A stretch of 63,821 nt of DNA, filler included, from Octopus bimaculoides (Eukaryota): NCBI RefSeq assembly GCF_001194135.2. It is 7 parts of 7 records of this genome, joined end to end, with 100 filler letters (N's around TTAATTAATTAA, not from the genome) between each part and the next. Parts side by side here need not be neighbours in the genome. Positions count along the whole stretch, not along the records: positions 40,017 to 53,303 come from NC_069004.1; positions 53,404 to 62,214 come from NC_069000.1; positions 62,315 to 63,821 come from NW_026387977.1; 4 more parts are not named here. One strand, 5' to 3'. Position 1 is the first letter of the stretch; each line of letters starts with the position of its first letter. This document shows positions 51,372 to 63,600 of the stretch, piece by piece. Made by a program: the position numbers and the translations under genes. The notes below the pieces were generated by a model, which saw only the letters and a program-made list of their open reading frames with translations, searched no databases and was not told where the DNA came from.

Positions 51372-52769
51372 TAAAAGGCAAGTTGTCTGTGTGTGTTGTG
51401 TGAACCACTTCTACTCCTACAATTTACAACCGAATTTCACCAAATTTGACATGTGTGCTCTCTTTGATTTAGGATGCTTTTTCTTTTAATTTTTTCCTCG
51501 AAATTCCGTGACCCCAACATAGACTACTCTCAATTCGCCTAGGATTCGGCTTGAGCCAGTGAAAAAACGTGACACATCCAGCTGGAAAAAATAAATACTT
51601 TACTGTGTCAGCTGTGGTGAGCTCTTATCGACTGCTTGCTCAGTACTGCCAGCAGCATTCATTTGCGAGTTAAAATTTGCCTCTGTTTTCACGTGAGCAC
51701 TATTTTTCATATAATTATTCCAACTTAAACTAACCACTTCAAAACTCTTACCCAAAATTTAAAATTTTTAATTCAGTCTGTTTGATTAACATTTTTGCCA
51801 ACTACGTTTTACTATTTTTTGCTTTTCCTTTGGACTTTTTCTATTGCGTAAACTGATAATTTTCCACCATACCTCGAGGCAAAAGATCCAATATAGGTCG
51901 GCAAACAAATTCTGAAAAGAAAAGTAAACGTATGCATGCAAGTGAATCTGCCAAGGACACCGCCAGGAGGAACTCTCTCAATGCACTTAGGATGGCTTCA
52001 GCACGAAGGAGGGAAAGAAAAAAGCAGCGTTGTGATCGGTTAGCACGTTTTGCTGCGCAACGAGCCGCCCAGAGCAACGAGCAACGTTCAGCTCGCCGAA
52101 CAAGAAATGCTTCCTCTACTACTGCTGCACGAGCTTCAGAGACTGCAGAACAACACACAGATCGTCTTACAAGAGATGCTTCCTCAACTGCTGCTACGCG
52201 CGCTACGGAGACTACCGGGGAAAGGCAACAACGACTGGAGGCTACAACTCAGCGAAGGGCTGCACAATGTTCCTACTCAAGGCCATGATCCTCACATTGG
52301 TCAATGACAGCATTCAACTATGATCCTACAATTGACTACAGTAATCACCCTGATGTTCAAATAGGCTGCATGTCCACAATTTGCCAATTTTGCGGAGCTA
52401 AAAAGTGGGCTGGAGAAACTTCCGGCATGTGCTGTTTCAACGGTAAGATTACAGTACCTCTTCAACAAGATCCACCACCCCTTTTGACTGACTTTTTGAC
52501 AGGGGCGTCTCCTTATTCTCATGACTTTCTCAAGCGGATACGTGCCTACAACTACGCATTCCAAATGACTTCCTTCAGCGCCAACATCATACGAGATGGG
52601 CATTTCATGCCCTCCTTTAAAGTGCAGGGGCAAATTTACCATAGAATTGGTTCCCTGTAGCCGCATGACGCTGTCTCGCCTCAGTTTCTTCAGCTCTACT
52701 TCGTGGGCAACTACGCTTACCAGGTATACTTTACAAACAACCCCGGGCAACGTCGGGTACACCTGCTAG
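51352..52769 (+). mobile_element. Internally deleted Helitron (RepHel N-terminus + 3' end)
   Basis: ATA(for ATG)-PRGKRSNIGRQT, R/A-rich helical region, then CQFCGAKKWAGETSGMCCFNGKI...RIRAYNYAFQMTSF...FKVQGQIYHRIGSL; 3' hairpin CCCGGGCAACGTCGGG + CTAG|T at 52766-52769. Confidence 0.92.
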
Positions 52770-53011
52770 TATATATAAAGATTAAGGAGAATAAGGAGAT
52801 TGGTAACTAGCTAATATTTTCATTGGATTTATTATCCTTNNNNNNNNNNATATATATATATATGTATGTATGTATTTATAGATCTATACCAAAATTTGGT
52901 AAAAAATATTGTATCTGTTATCAAACGTAGCAAAATTCTCACATGTGAGCTTTTGTATGCATATCAATTTAAATAAGAGCTAAAAGATGATCCATTGTAA
53001 AAACTTTATTA

Positions 53012-53094
53012 TGACCTATCATCATTTCGATGCAATATCCAAACCAAGTCATGCATATTAAAAAAACATGGAATATTATATCTCTTCAGGGTCA
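53012..53094 (-). ncRNA. Type I hammerhead ribozyme-like motif with extended stem II
   Basis: Minus strand TGACC-CTGAAGA-GATATAATATTCC...GGATATTGCATC-GAAA-TGATGA-TA-GGTCA: intact core, 5-bp stem I, ~11-bp stem II, near-palindromic stem III. Confidence 0.7.
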
Positions 53095-53175
53095 GATTAC
53101 TTCAAAGCAGACAGTAAAAATAGACAACATTCATAGTTGTCTTAGAATTACATGTAAATAAACAAGTTGATAAGA

Positions 53176-53303
53176 CATGATACGTATTGAAACTGTATAG
53201 CATATCGGTCTTGAAACCGTTAGAAGGCAAAGTAAATGCGCATTTACTCTGCCTTCTAACGGTTTCAAGACCGATATGCTATACAGTTTCAATACGTATC
53301 ATG
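53176..53303. repeat. 128-bp palindrome (64-bp arms, one mismatch, no loop) abutting a gap
   Basis: CATGATACG...GGCAAAGTAAATGC|GCATTTACTCTGCC...CGTATCATG. Confidence 0.9.
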
Positions 53304-54399
53304 NNNNNNNNNNNNNNNNNNNNNNNNNNNNNNNNNNNNNNNNNNNNTTAATTAATTAANNNNNNNNNNNNNNNNNNNNNNNNNNNNNNNNNNNNNNNNN
53401 NNNTATGTATCCCTTTCTCTCTCTCTCCCTCTCCCTCTTTAACTCTTACTCTCTATATTTTTATGTTGAGCGCGTGTGTAAGAATTGCGTTCCAGGTAGA
53501 AGGGATGAAATATAAAAGTTGCTAGAAACAACAGCCAAATCTCCCTTAAATCACACAAAGTAAACGGAATTTTAAAAATCTAATTACTGCACTGGAAAGT
53601 TCACATCGAGAAAATTCCATTGATGTAAAAATTTTTACGAAAAAGTGGAAAATGTGGATTTCTATAAACATTCAAAAAGGCTTCACACAAACACACAACT
53701 TCAGATTTATATATTAAGATATATATAAATTTTTGCTTCGTGAAAACGTTAAGGTCGCCTAGGATCAATTTGGATGTCCGGTTGTGTTTTGTGTTTTGTT
53801 TTTCGTTCTACCCATGGTTGTTTTATGATTTGATTTAACATGTTTCCTTATCAGTGTAAAGCATATTACATTCATTTATTTTTTATTCTTTGTAAGTCAT
53901 TTTATCACTTACACGAGAAGTGTTCTTCGTTATAACCCAAGTTTCTCTGTATAAGAGTAGCGAATGACAACTACCAAGATGTATTCTAGTCAAAATAAGC
54001 GAAACTAAGATTAAAAACGAGGTACTTTTGACAAGTCACCTGACAAGACACATCTGCATCAATAATGCACTACAACTGTTTGTACAGCATCTCACCCGCG
54101 ATGCACCGATGCACGATGTGTCGAAACAATCGTAGTGAATAATAGTCTCGTGAATTTCATTTTCTTTCTCTCGTATTTCACACACACATATATATACGTG
54201 AATATCGAACAATGGCAATGAGTACTCAACACTGCATTGCTGGATAAAGATTCTTTATTTGTGCATTAAGGCTACCGTTGGCTTCCTGTTAAGGAATACT
54301 TCAACAATTATCAAACCAATCCCATGGAACATCGGTGTTTGTCTCCATTTTGGATTAATCCAATATAAAATACATGTATATACGTTTATATGTATGTAA

Positions 54400-54470
<71 letters not shown>

Positions 54471-54886
54471 TTTTATATGTATGTGAGTATGTATGTATAA
54501 ACATGTGTCATTGATTACTCCATCTTCTGCAAACACTGTGAAACCTATGCACCGCTTGTGAGGTCATTATACGAACGAAACATGTCAATAATTGTTTACG
54601 TTTTCAGAAAACAGTATTTTTCATTGGCAAATATTGCCTTCATTTCTCCACATAGCATAATTATTTCTAGTTAGCATTTTATGATCTTTGTAGTAACACG
54701 TTAACACTGTCTTCAACACAAGTGCATAACATTGGCTTGGTAAGGGTGGTCGTGTGCCAAATTGTTCTTCTCGTAATTTTGCCTTATTTTTCGTGTGTTG
54801 TATTTTTATCCTTCCATGCTACCACATAATTTTGAGATTGCAATGAAGAAATAATTTGTCTCTTTTTTCACTGTTTATTTTTTAAG

Positions 54887-55021
54887 GTTGTTTACTTCAC
54901 CGCTCTTTTCCCATATTTTGTGCTCTTGGCGTTGTTAATACGAGGTTCCACTCTTGAAGGATCATTAGACGGTGTTAAATACTACTTAACACCGAAATGG
55001 CACAAACTGACCGATTCCTCA
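54887..55021 (+). CDS. SLC6: SLC6 Na+-coupled symporter, internal exon (TM5-EL3; 135 bp, phase 0/0)
   Basis: AG|[45 protein letters not shown]|GTGAGT. Confidence 0.93.
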
Positions 55022-55956
55022 GTGAGTACATCACATCTTTCCTCCATTTCTATCGATTGATCTATTTATCTGACCACACATACATACACACGCACACACA
55101 CACGCACACACACACGCACACACACATATATATATATATCATAAATGAACATGAATAGAAATGTTGTTCAAATTATGTTATGTACGTTTCTATAGAATGG
55201 ATATTTGTTGCTTATTAATGTATTACATCAAAAAACCACATAACCAGATCATTTGATCAAACTTCTTTGTACACTTGCCAGGTGTGTGCGTGTGTTTGTG
55301 TGTGTATGTGTGTGCGCGCACATGCGTGTTATGTTTGTGTGTAGCATGTGCATGTGCTTGCCTACATGTACATACATGCATACATATCTAATTATAAATA
55401 GATGAAAGTTTGATTTTCTTATTATGCGGGTATGGCAAATCAATATGTGAGAAATAAACTATTTTATCCAGTTAATAATTCGTTGTATTAGGGTGTTATT
55501 CTCTGGAGAAACAAAGTTCACGTCTTCTAGTGATATTTATTTAGTGGGTGGTGAGTTCTATATAATAAAAAAAAAGAACAGCTACTTTCATTAATGAGAT
55601 TGTGAGTGAGATGTACTGCTGAGTTTCTGAATGTATATGTATGTTGTGAGAATATTTTTTTAGGAAATTTTCAGTAAGGCTAGATGAGGACTAAACTACT
55701 GCTCTTCTTCAATCGTTTGAATGACCATTAACGTGAAAATCAAAGTAGCAATTCAAGCGGCTTCAGCTTCCAAACGATTGTTTGATTAGTTGTTCGGTCA
55801 ACCAATCAGTTCAATTTGTCGAAGTCCTTTCGTTGCCATTCGTGACCTCATTTATAACATGCTCTCTCTATCTATCTATGTATCTATCGATTGATCTATC
55901 TATCTGTCTATACATACATGAATACATACATACATACATACATACATACATACATG

Positions 55957-56007
<51 letters not shown>

Positions 56008-56891
56008 ACATCATAAATCAATATGAATAGAAACGTTCAAATTAGACAGCAAACCAATTGACAAATAAAGAAGTTAAATAGAACCAGCGCGTGTGCTGAT
56101 TATTGGCATGATGACCCTCTTGGAGAAACGTTTCCGAAAAACCAAGGATGATTTTTATCATTCATGTGCACCAGCACAAAACTGTAATTGAGTACTTAAG
56201 ACAAGACTTTGAATGTAAAATGAAGAACTAATTCTATGTTTTCAGTCTGTCTTCAAACGAAATAAACATACTACTGAATAAGAATATCATCAAGAACATG
56301 TATTAAGCATTATGGCTGAAAGAACTGCAATCGTATGGTAACTTCTCAAAGGCATTTGATTGCGTAAACAAGAAATGTCACAAATTTCTATGATGAGAAG
56401 AATTGGTTCGTTAACGCTATTGTTCAGTGCCTATGTCCTTACTCCTTCCGGAAACACTAATGAATCTGAGACATCTTCAGGTGTCCTTCGTAGTGACACA
56501 CACCTTACCGTTGCATGATTGTTATGAATTAAGTAATGCGTAAGTCTCTGTTGCAAGAAGCTGGATACACTGTCAGGAAAAATTTGTCCAAGAGATTTAC
56601 TGCTGTATGACTGCTTGTATGAATCTTTACTGATTATGACAGCAATTTTAAGTGATACCCCCTTCACGACTCAAAGACGACTGACAAGTTTCGAAATTAT
56701 ATCGGCCAAATTGGGACTAAAATATTGAGTTGTCAGATAAATNNNNNNNNNNNNNNNNNNNNNNNNNNNNNNNNNNNNNNNNNNNNNNNNNNNNNNNNNN
56801 NNNNNNNNNNNNNNNNNNNNNNNNNNNNNNNNNNNNNNNNNNTGTGTGTGTGTGTTGATCTGTTTGTTTATTTATTTATTTTATTTTTTAG

Positions 56892-56995
56892 GTGTGGAGT
56901 GACGCTGCCACGCAAGTATTTTATTCTCTGAGCATCTCATCAGGTGGGCTCATCACAATGTCAAGTTACAATAAATTCAACAACAATTGCTTAAG
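56892..56995 (+). CDS. SLC6: SLC6 internal exon (TM6; 104 bp, phase 0/2)
   Basis: AG|[34 protein letters not shown](R)|GT. Confidence 0.95.
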
Positions 56996-58647
56996 GTCAG
57001 CTTATACTTTTTTATAAATATTGGTTTCAAATTTTGTCACAAGGCCAGCAATTCTGGGATAAGGTGTAAGTCGATTAGACCGACCCCAGTGTTCAACTGG
57101 TATTTATCTTATCGACCCCTAAAGGGATGGAAAGCGAAGTGGTCTTCGGCGGGATTTGAACACGGAAAATAAAGGCGGACGAAATGCCGCTAAGCGTTTT
57201 ATCCGGCATACTAACGATTCTGTCTTACTTTGTCTATACATCGTTGTTGTCGTTGTTATTGCTGTTGGTGATAGTCGTAGCAGTAGTGGTATTGGTGGTA
57301 TTTTAGCTCCAAGTAAACTTTAATCGAGAAGACCTCGTATCAAAGGCGCTCCTGCCGTATCCACATCGTCTCAAAGGTGCGTGGCCTAGTTGTTAAAGTG
57401 TTGCACTCACGATCGCAAGATTGTAGTTTCGATTCCCGGACCGAGTGGTGCGTAGTGTTCTGGAGCAAAACGCTTCATTTCGCATTGCTCCAGTTCACTC
57501 AGCTGTAAATGAGCGACCCTGCAACGGATTGGCATCCCGTTCACAGGGGCTGTTATGATTTTGCTCACTTATATATCATGGAAACCGGGTAACCGACCCA
57601 TGAATCCTAAGACTCGAGACACCGCAATGTTCAGGGATGATGAAGCTACAATGTTTTTCATTGAGCCATGTGGCCTCCCATTTTTTACGAATGTTGATGT
57701 GAATTGGAGGTTTTAGCTGTTGTTTCTAACAGGTCGACCAACCATCTAATATCTCCCTTACGTATTTCTTCGTGTCATTTTTTTTTTTACACTGTAGGGA
57801 AAGATTTGAGAGAGATTTAGCTACTATTTCTAAACCTAAAGTCAGTTTCCAAACGTCAGTCAGTGTCACGAAAATCGAATCCACGGAGAACTGAACAGCC
57901 ATGGACATGGATCGTATCCCGCCTTTGGTACTGCACTGCGTTCATAGCCACGACATAATAGTCAAGAATGCATTCCACGGGTTGTCACGTGTTGTCGCTC
58001 TTAATGTTTCATTCAAAATGAATGGCACCGTTGTTGTTTCTGCTACTAGGGCTATTTTTGTTATTGATGTTGATTTTGTTGCTTTAGTTTGGTCCCAGGA
58101 CAATTTTGATCAAATAGATCAATCTATGGGCAAAACCATCCCAGCACCTTTGAGCGTTTTTCGTATTTTCAGAGATATCAATATCTAAGGCTGAATTATC
58201 TAACGTATCCTTTTCCATGAGCAGGATGTGATTTGAAGAAGAATGAACTGTTAATTCTAGATAATCGACCGATCGACCGCATAAGTACTCCTTCATGAGA
58301 GTATGCCATATGTTTTGGTGGCATAAAAAACGCACGGGCATGTTAGATGCACCCAAATTCCAGCAGTGCATAGTTGGGAAAAGAGTTTTTAATGCATTAA
58401 AGCTTATGGGAGACCCAGCTTCGCAAACTGAACCTGAGGTAATTTTTCGATGTATTTTGTAGGGAGGAGAGATGCGTTTTGTATGCCATCAAATGTGGTG
58501 ATTGGATATAAATCTAGCGGGAAAGCGGGAGATATCACTGAATAGCAAAATTTGCAAAAACTAATTTTGTTAAAATTAAGATTTAAAAAAATGTTCACTG
58601 ATTAGTTTCTTTTGAAGATTGACATAATCTGGTCTTTTTCTCTGCAG

Positions 58648-58772
58648 GGATTCCATATTGGTGCCACTTGTTGACTGTTTCACAAGCTTCTTCTCTGGAT
58701 TTGTAATTTTTACTGTTCTGGGTTTTATGTCCAAAGTGAAAGGCGTCGATGTTGATACTGTTGTCAAAGGAG
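58648..58772 (+). CDS. SLC6: SLC6 internal exon (TM7-EL4; 125 bp, phase 2/1)
   Basis: CAG|(R)DSILVPLVDCFTSFFSGFVIFTVLGFMSKVKGVDVDTVVKG(G)|GTTAGT. Confidence 0.95.
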
Positions 58773-58852
58773 GTTAGTTTTCTGGAGAGATTTTTATCTT
58801 TCTTGGCACCCCACCTCGATGGTGGATAGTAGACTCGGTACACTACAGATAC

Positions 58853-59165
58853 ATAATCACCATCATCATCACCACCACCACCATCATCATCATCACCACC
58901 ACCACCATCATCATCATCACCACCACCACCATCATCATCATCACCACCACCACCANNNNNNNNNNNNNNNNNNNNNNNNNNNNNNNNNNNNNNNNNNNNN
59001 NTCACCATCATCATCACCACCACCACCATCATCATCATCACCACCACCACCATCATCATCACCACCACCACCACCATCATCATCACCACCACCACTATCA
59101 TCATCATCACCACCACCACCACCATCATCATCACCACCACCACCATCATTATCCTCATCATCCTC
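58853..59165. repeat. (CAT/CAC)n compound trinucleotide microsatellite spanning a gap
   Basis: Directly visible. Confidence 0.95.
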
Positions 59166-59599
59166 ACCCCTGGATACTACCGTTTCGGGTCCTAAGGCTA
59201 TCCAGTTTCCATGGCGTATAAGTGACCGAGATTACAACATTAACACTGTATAGAATGTCAGTCCATCGCTAGGCCACTCATTTACAGCTGAATGAACTGG
59301 ATCGACGTGAAATGAAGCGTTTTCCACAAGAACACAGCGCACCCTACGGTCCGGGAATTGAAAACACGACCTTGCGATCGTGAGTACGACACATTAACCA
59401 CCAGACCGATAGAATAGGTATCAGACTTTTAAAATAAAAACCTAAGTATTGGAATCGATTTGTTGACTAAAACCCTCCAATGCGGTGCCCCAACATGGCC
59501 GCAGTTTTTTTATTGAAACAAGTAAAAGTACCTCCGCCATCACCTCCTTTCTCCAAAATTTTTAACCTTGTACCAATATAAAAATCTTCATTTCGCGTC

Positions 59600-60390
59600 A
59601 CGCGGTACGGAGAATGGCAGAATCGATAGAGTGCCATAGCTAAATGCCTAAAAGTACTTAGTTGCTTTTGTTTATGCTATGAGTTCGAATCCCAACCAGG
59701 CCTGCTTTGTCTTTCATCTCTCCAAGGTCTATTAAATAAGTAACAATCCTTTCCTCAGCCGTGAAGGAAGTGGGGGGAAAAAACAAAAATACGGCTTTAC
59801 ATTGAAATTAGAAATCTTCACCCCTACGCCAGAAGAAAACGGCGCTCTGGCAGAATCATTAAAGTATCGGACAAAACACTATGTGGCATTTCTTCCGACT
59901 CGTTGCGTTCTGAGGTCGACCTTGTCTTTCATCAATGAAATAAGTACCAATTGAGCACTGGGGTCGATGTACTCCAGTTTTCCCTCCCATCAAAATTGCT
60001 GGCACAATTGTTAACGTGCCGAACAAAATGCTTTGCTGTATTTCTTCCGATTCATTCGGTTCTGAATAAAATTTCCGCTGAGGATGACTTTGTCTTTCAT
60101 CCTTTCGGGGCTGGTAAAATAAGTACCAGTTGTGCACTGGAGGCGATGTAATCGACTATTTCCCTCGCCCTAAAACTACTGGCCTTGTGCCAAAATTAGA
60201 AGCCATTATTAAGTTGGCGAGCTGGCAGAATCGTTGGCACATCGGAAGAAATGTTTTGTTTTTTTTTTAGCATTTACGTTCGTCCTTTCGGGATCGATAA
60301 AATAAGTATCGTCTGAGCACTGGGTCGATATAATCAACTGTCCACCTCCCCTAAAATTACTGGCCTTGTACCAACATTTAAAACTAATAT
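59600..60390 (+). mobile_element. Tandem cluster of degenerate family B SINE fragments (SLC6 intron)
   Basis: Repeated TTTCATC...GATAAAATAAGTACC...GAGCACTGGGGTCGATGTA...CCCCTAAAATTGCTGG units. Confidence 0.7.
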
Positions 60391-61429
60391 TTTTCTACAA
60401 GAAAGCCTGTTAAATCAATGAAAGTGGTTCAAACATCCAGAAACACTTCAACCAGTTTTCAAGATGACGGCAGTAAATAATAAATACTGAGTTGTGGCAC
60501 TTATTGACTTAAGTGCGACAACGACTGCTTGTACGAGTTTCCTTCTATCTAAACAAACGTTAAATGAGAACTAAGCAGATTGAAGCAGCTGTCTTAGTGG
60601 TTTTGTGTTAGTTTATTCGGATCTACTCCATCAATTAAGACAATGATCAGAGACTCCTTGACGATTTATCGATGTGGGCAGGTTCAACAGGGACTGAAAC
60701 AGAGATCAAGAGAGATGTTGAGTGAGGGTTTAACAGCAACACAAGAATGAAATAAATAGCAGAATGTGTAATGAAGTGATCGGAGATAATATGAACGTCG
60801 AGTTGATTGTCATTTTTATGATTGTAAGTACACTTATTAAACAAGAAGCGTACCAACTGTGTCATTTATCGAAAATATATTGTTGCACACTCTTTGTTAG
60901 TTGAACAAAAAAACATTTAGCGCTTTGGCGGGTATGAGGGAATAATTGTTACTGATAGAGAAATTTTCTGAAACAAATTTACTCTTAGAAGCCATCTGCA
61001 AAAAAAAAGCAACAGCTAAGTTAAACTTAATATATTTAATTTAAGGAACATTAAAAGGTAACTAGAAATAATTGTGGCGAAGTAAAAGATAATGATTTCG
61101 TTGAATAAACTAGAGGGTGAGTGTTTGAAACACGTGTTGTAAATGTTGTTAAACCCCAGGTCAGCTCTGATGGATCAAACCTATGGTCAAATTTGTTCCA
61201 ACAGTACCAATCCCTTCTTTTTTTATAGCTTTTTATTTTAAGATAACTGGGTATGATTATAAGAGATTTGGCTGTTATTTTACACAGGTTGAGTGAATGA
61301 GTACAGTTCCTTGTTGGCTCTCGTGTGGTTTGTTGTTGTATAACCCCAGGTCGACGATAACCGAGTAGTCCTGTGATCAAATACATTTCAGCCATGACCA
61401 TGCCGGTCTTTTAGCGATATTAAAAATTG

Positions 61430-61782
61430 TTTACTCTCTTTTACTCTCTTTTACTAGTTTCAGTCATTTGACTGCAGCCATGCTGGAGCACCGCCTTTAA
61501 TCGACCCCAGACTTATTCTTTGTAAGCCTAGTACTTATTATATCGGTCTCTTTTGCCGAACCTCTAAGTTACGGGGACGTAAACACACCAGCATCGGTCG
61601 TCAAGCGATGTTGGGGGGACAAACACAGACACACAAACATATACACACAAATCCACTCACAAGGCTTTGGTCGGCCCGAGGCTATAGTAGCAGACACTTG
61701 CCCAAGGTGCCACGCAGTGGGACTGAACCCAGAACCATGTGGTTGGTAAGCAAGCTACTTACCACACAGCCACTCCTGCGCC
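61430..61782 (-). mobile_element. Family A SINE (SLC6 intron)
   Basis: Reverse complement of GGCGCAGGAGTGGCTGTGTGGTAAGTAGCTTGC... Confidence 0.85.
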
Positions 61783-61940
61783 TACGCTTAGCAGCATTTC
61801 GTCTGTCTTTATGTTCTGAGTTCAAATTCAATGTAATCGACTTACCCAACTCCCCACGAACTTGCTGGCCTTGTTCCAAAAATTGAAACCAATACTGCAT
61901 TAAATTGACTCTGCTCTTCTTCAATTTTTTTATGCTACAG

Positions 61941-62053
61941 GGCCAGGTTTAGCGTTTATCGCTTACCCAGAAGCTATCACGAAAATGCCGTCTCCAACAG
62001 TTTGGGCCATTCTCTTCTTCTTGATGATGATCACCATCGGTTTTAGTTCACAG
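61941..62053 (+). CDS. SLC6: SLC6 internal exon (TM8; 113 bp, phase 1/0)
   Basis: CAG|(G)[37 protein letters not shown]|GTAAAC; hallmark GPGLAF..YPEA motif. Confidence 0.96.
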
Positions 62054-63039
62054 GTAAACTCCGTTTCATTTGAACGTTGAAATATTGAAGCTAAACAAGA
62101 GTTATCTATAATACGTTATTAAATTTTTACTTTTTAATTGGACCTCTTATTTCTGCTAGATTTGTAATTTCAACAAGCCTCAAAAATATCGTTTCATCGT
62201 TTCTTGTTGTTAACNNNNNNNNNNNNNNNNNNNNNNNNNNNNNNNNNNNNNNNNNNNNTTAATTAATTAANNNNNNNNNNNNNNNNNNNNNNNNNNNNNN
62301 NNNNNNNNNNNNNNTGCCCATTCTTCCTCTTTAGCTGGTGAAAAAGAAAATGTAGCTACGGCCCAGGTTTTATTATAATCCGATTTTAACGAGGCATGAT
62401 AAGGAACATCAAGGAATACGAAGGAACAGGTTAAAGCTGATGGCTACATTTATTTCTCCCCTTATAGAAGATACAGCAAACTGATTCAATATGAATACTT
62501 CTGTTAACAAAAATACATTGGGTCCCAGTGCAGTTTGTACGTGATAATGTGCGCGGGATAAACACAAAGCACGGCGTCAAAGTAAAAATGAAATCATACC
62601 CTCCATCTGGATTACAAGAGATGGTGCACGACAAACATCTGACAAACATCTACACGCAACGAGTTACAAGGTACATTGCGCTCCGGACAGTTATTAACAA
62701 CATTAACAATCTTTTGCACTCTCATACAAAGAGAATGGTTTAAGACTTTCACTTGCCACAGTGTGCTGAGACACCAGAGGGTGCAGTTTTTTAACGCACA
62801 GCTCCAACTTATATTTTGAGATAACCTTGCGATATAAGAAGGAGTGCGCAACTCCTTCTTATAATTTAAGATAACCTCGGAAGGCTATCGTATGTGGTGG
62901 ATCAAAGAGTTTGAAGCTTTCCTTTTCTTTTTCTATTGTGGTATTCAGCATATCAGCACCAATGAAGTACCGCAACAGCCATAACAAATATATGGAGAGC
63001 AGTAGTCGCAGTTCTCAGCACTCCATCATGTGACTTCAT

Positions 63040-63600
63040 CGTGCGTAATCAATTATTGTCACGATCATTCTTGATTATAAATAAGTGAATACCTCCTATA
63101 ATCAAAGACGGCGATCGCTTGTGGTGCTCGGTGTAACAAATATTAACGGCAATGTAAGATCTCCGTTTTTGTAGCTTCAAGTATATGGAAGAAGTAGAAT
63201 AAGCGGGAGCAGTTTTGATCCTCATGGGTAATAACAGAAAGAATACGATCGCAGATACGTTACTCTGTTGAGTGCGTAGCCTGGACATCAGAGAGATGTT
63301 CCAGGTAGACACTCTACTTCTCCGAATCGGAAGATCACAGCTCCAATTCTAAGGAAATGTGGTAAGAATGCCTCAGGAAAGAATCGATAGACAAGTCTTA
63401 CGGGCAAAATATGAAAACGTGAGAAATCCCAGGGGTAGACCACGAGGAGGTTGCTTGGATAACATCCATGGGCACGGTTGGTCTCTTTGGGAGTTCCAGC
63501 AGGTTCTACTGGACACGGTAGCTTCTGACGTAATCCGATGAAAGATGGGCTCAAGGATTCTATCCCATAACACTTCCAGCGGGTGAAAAAGAAGAGTCGA
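63040..63600 (+). mobile_element. RTE-clade (Expander/Rex3-like) LINE 3' remnant
   Basis: DIREMFQVDTLLLRIGRSQLQF*GNVVRMPQERIDRQVLRAKYENVRNPRGRPRGGCLDNI. Confidence 0.75.

Noticed and set aside
53167-53226. TTGATAA-GAC...GTC-TT-GAAACCGTT on the plus strand
   Set aside because: Two core mismatches and no stem I; at most a decayed motif.
54255-54360. Minus-strand peptide WRQTPMFHGIGLIIVEV, faintly like SLC6 TM2-TM3 (W..P.F.GIG)
   Set aside because: Wrong strand for the SLC6 gene, no supporting splice sites, and similarity stops after ~12 residues.
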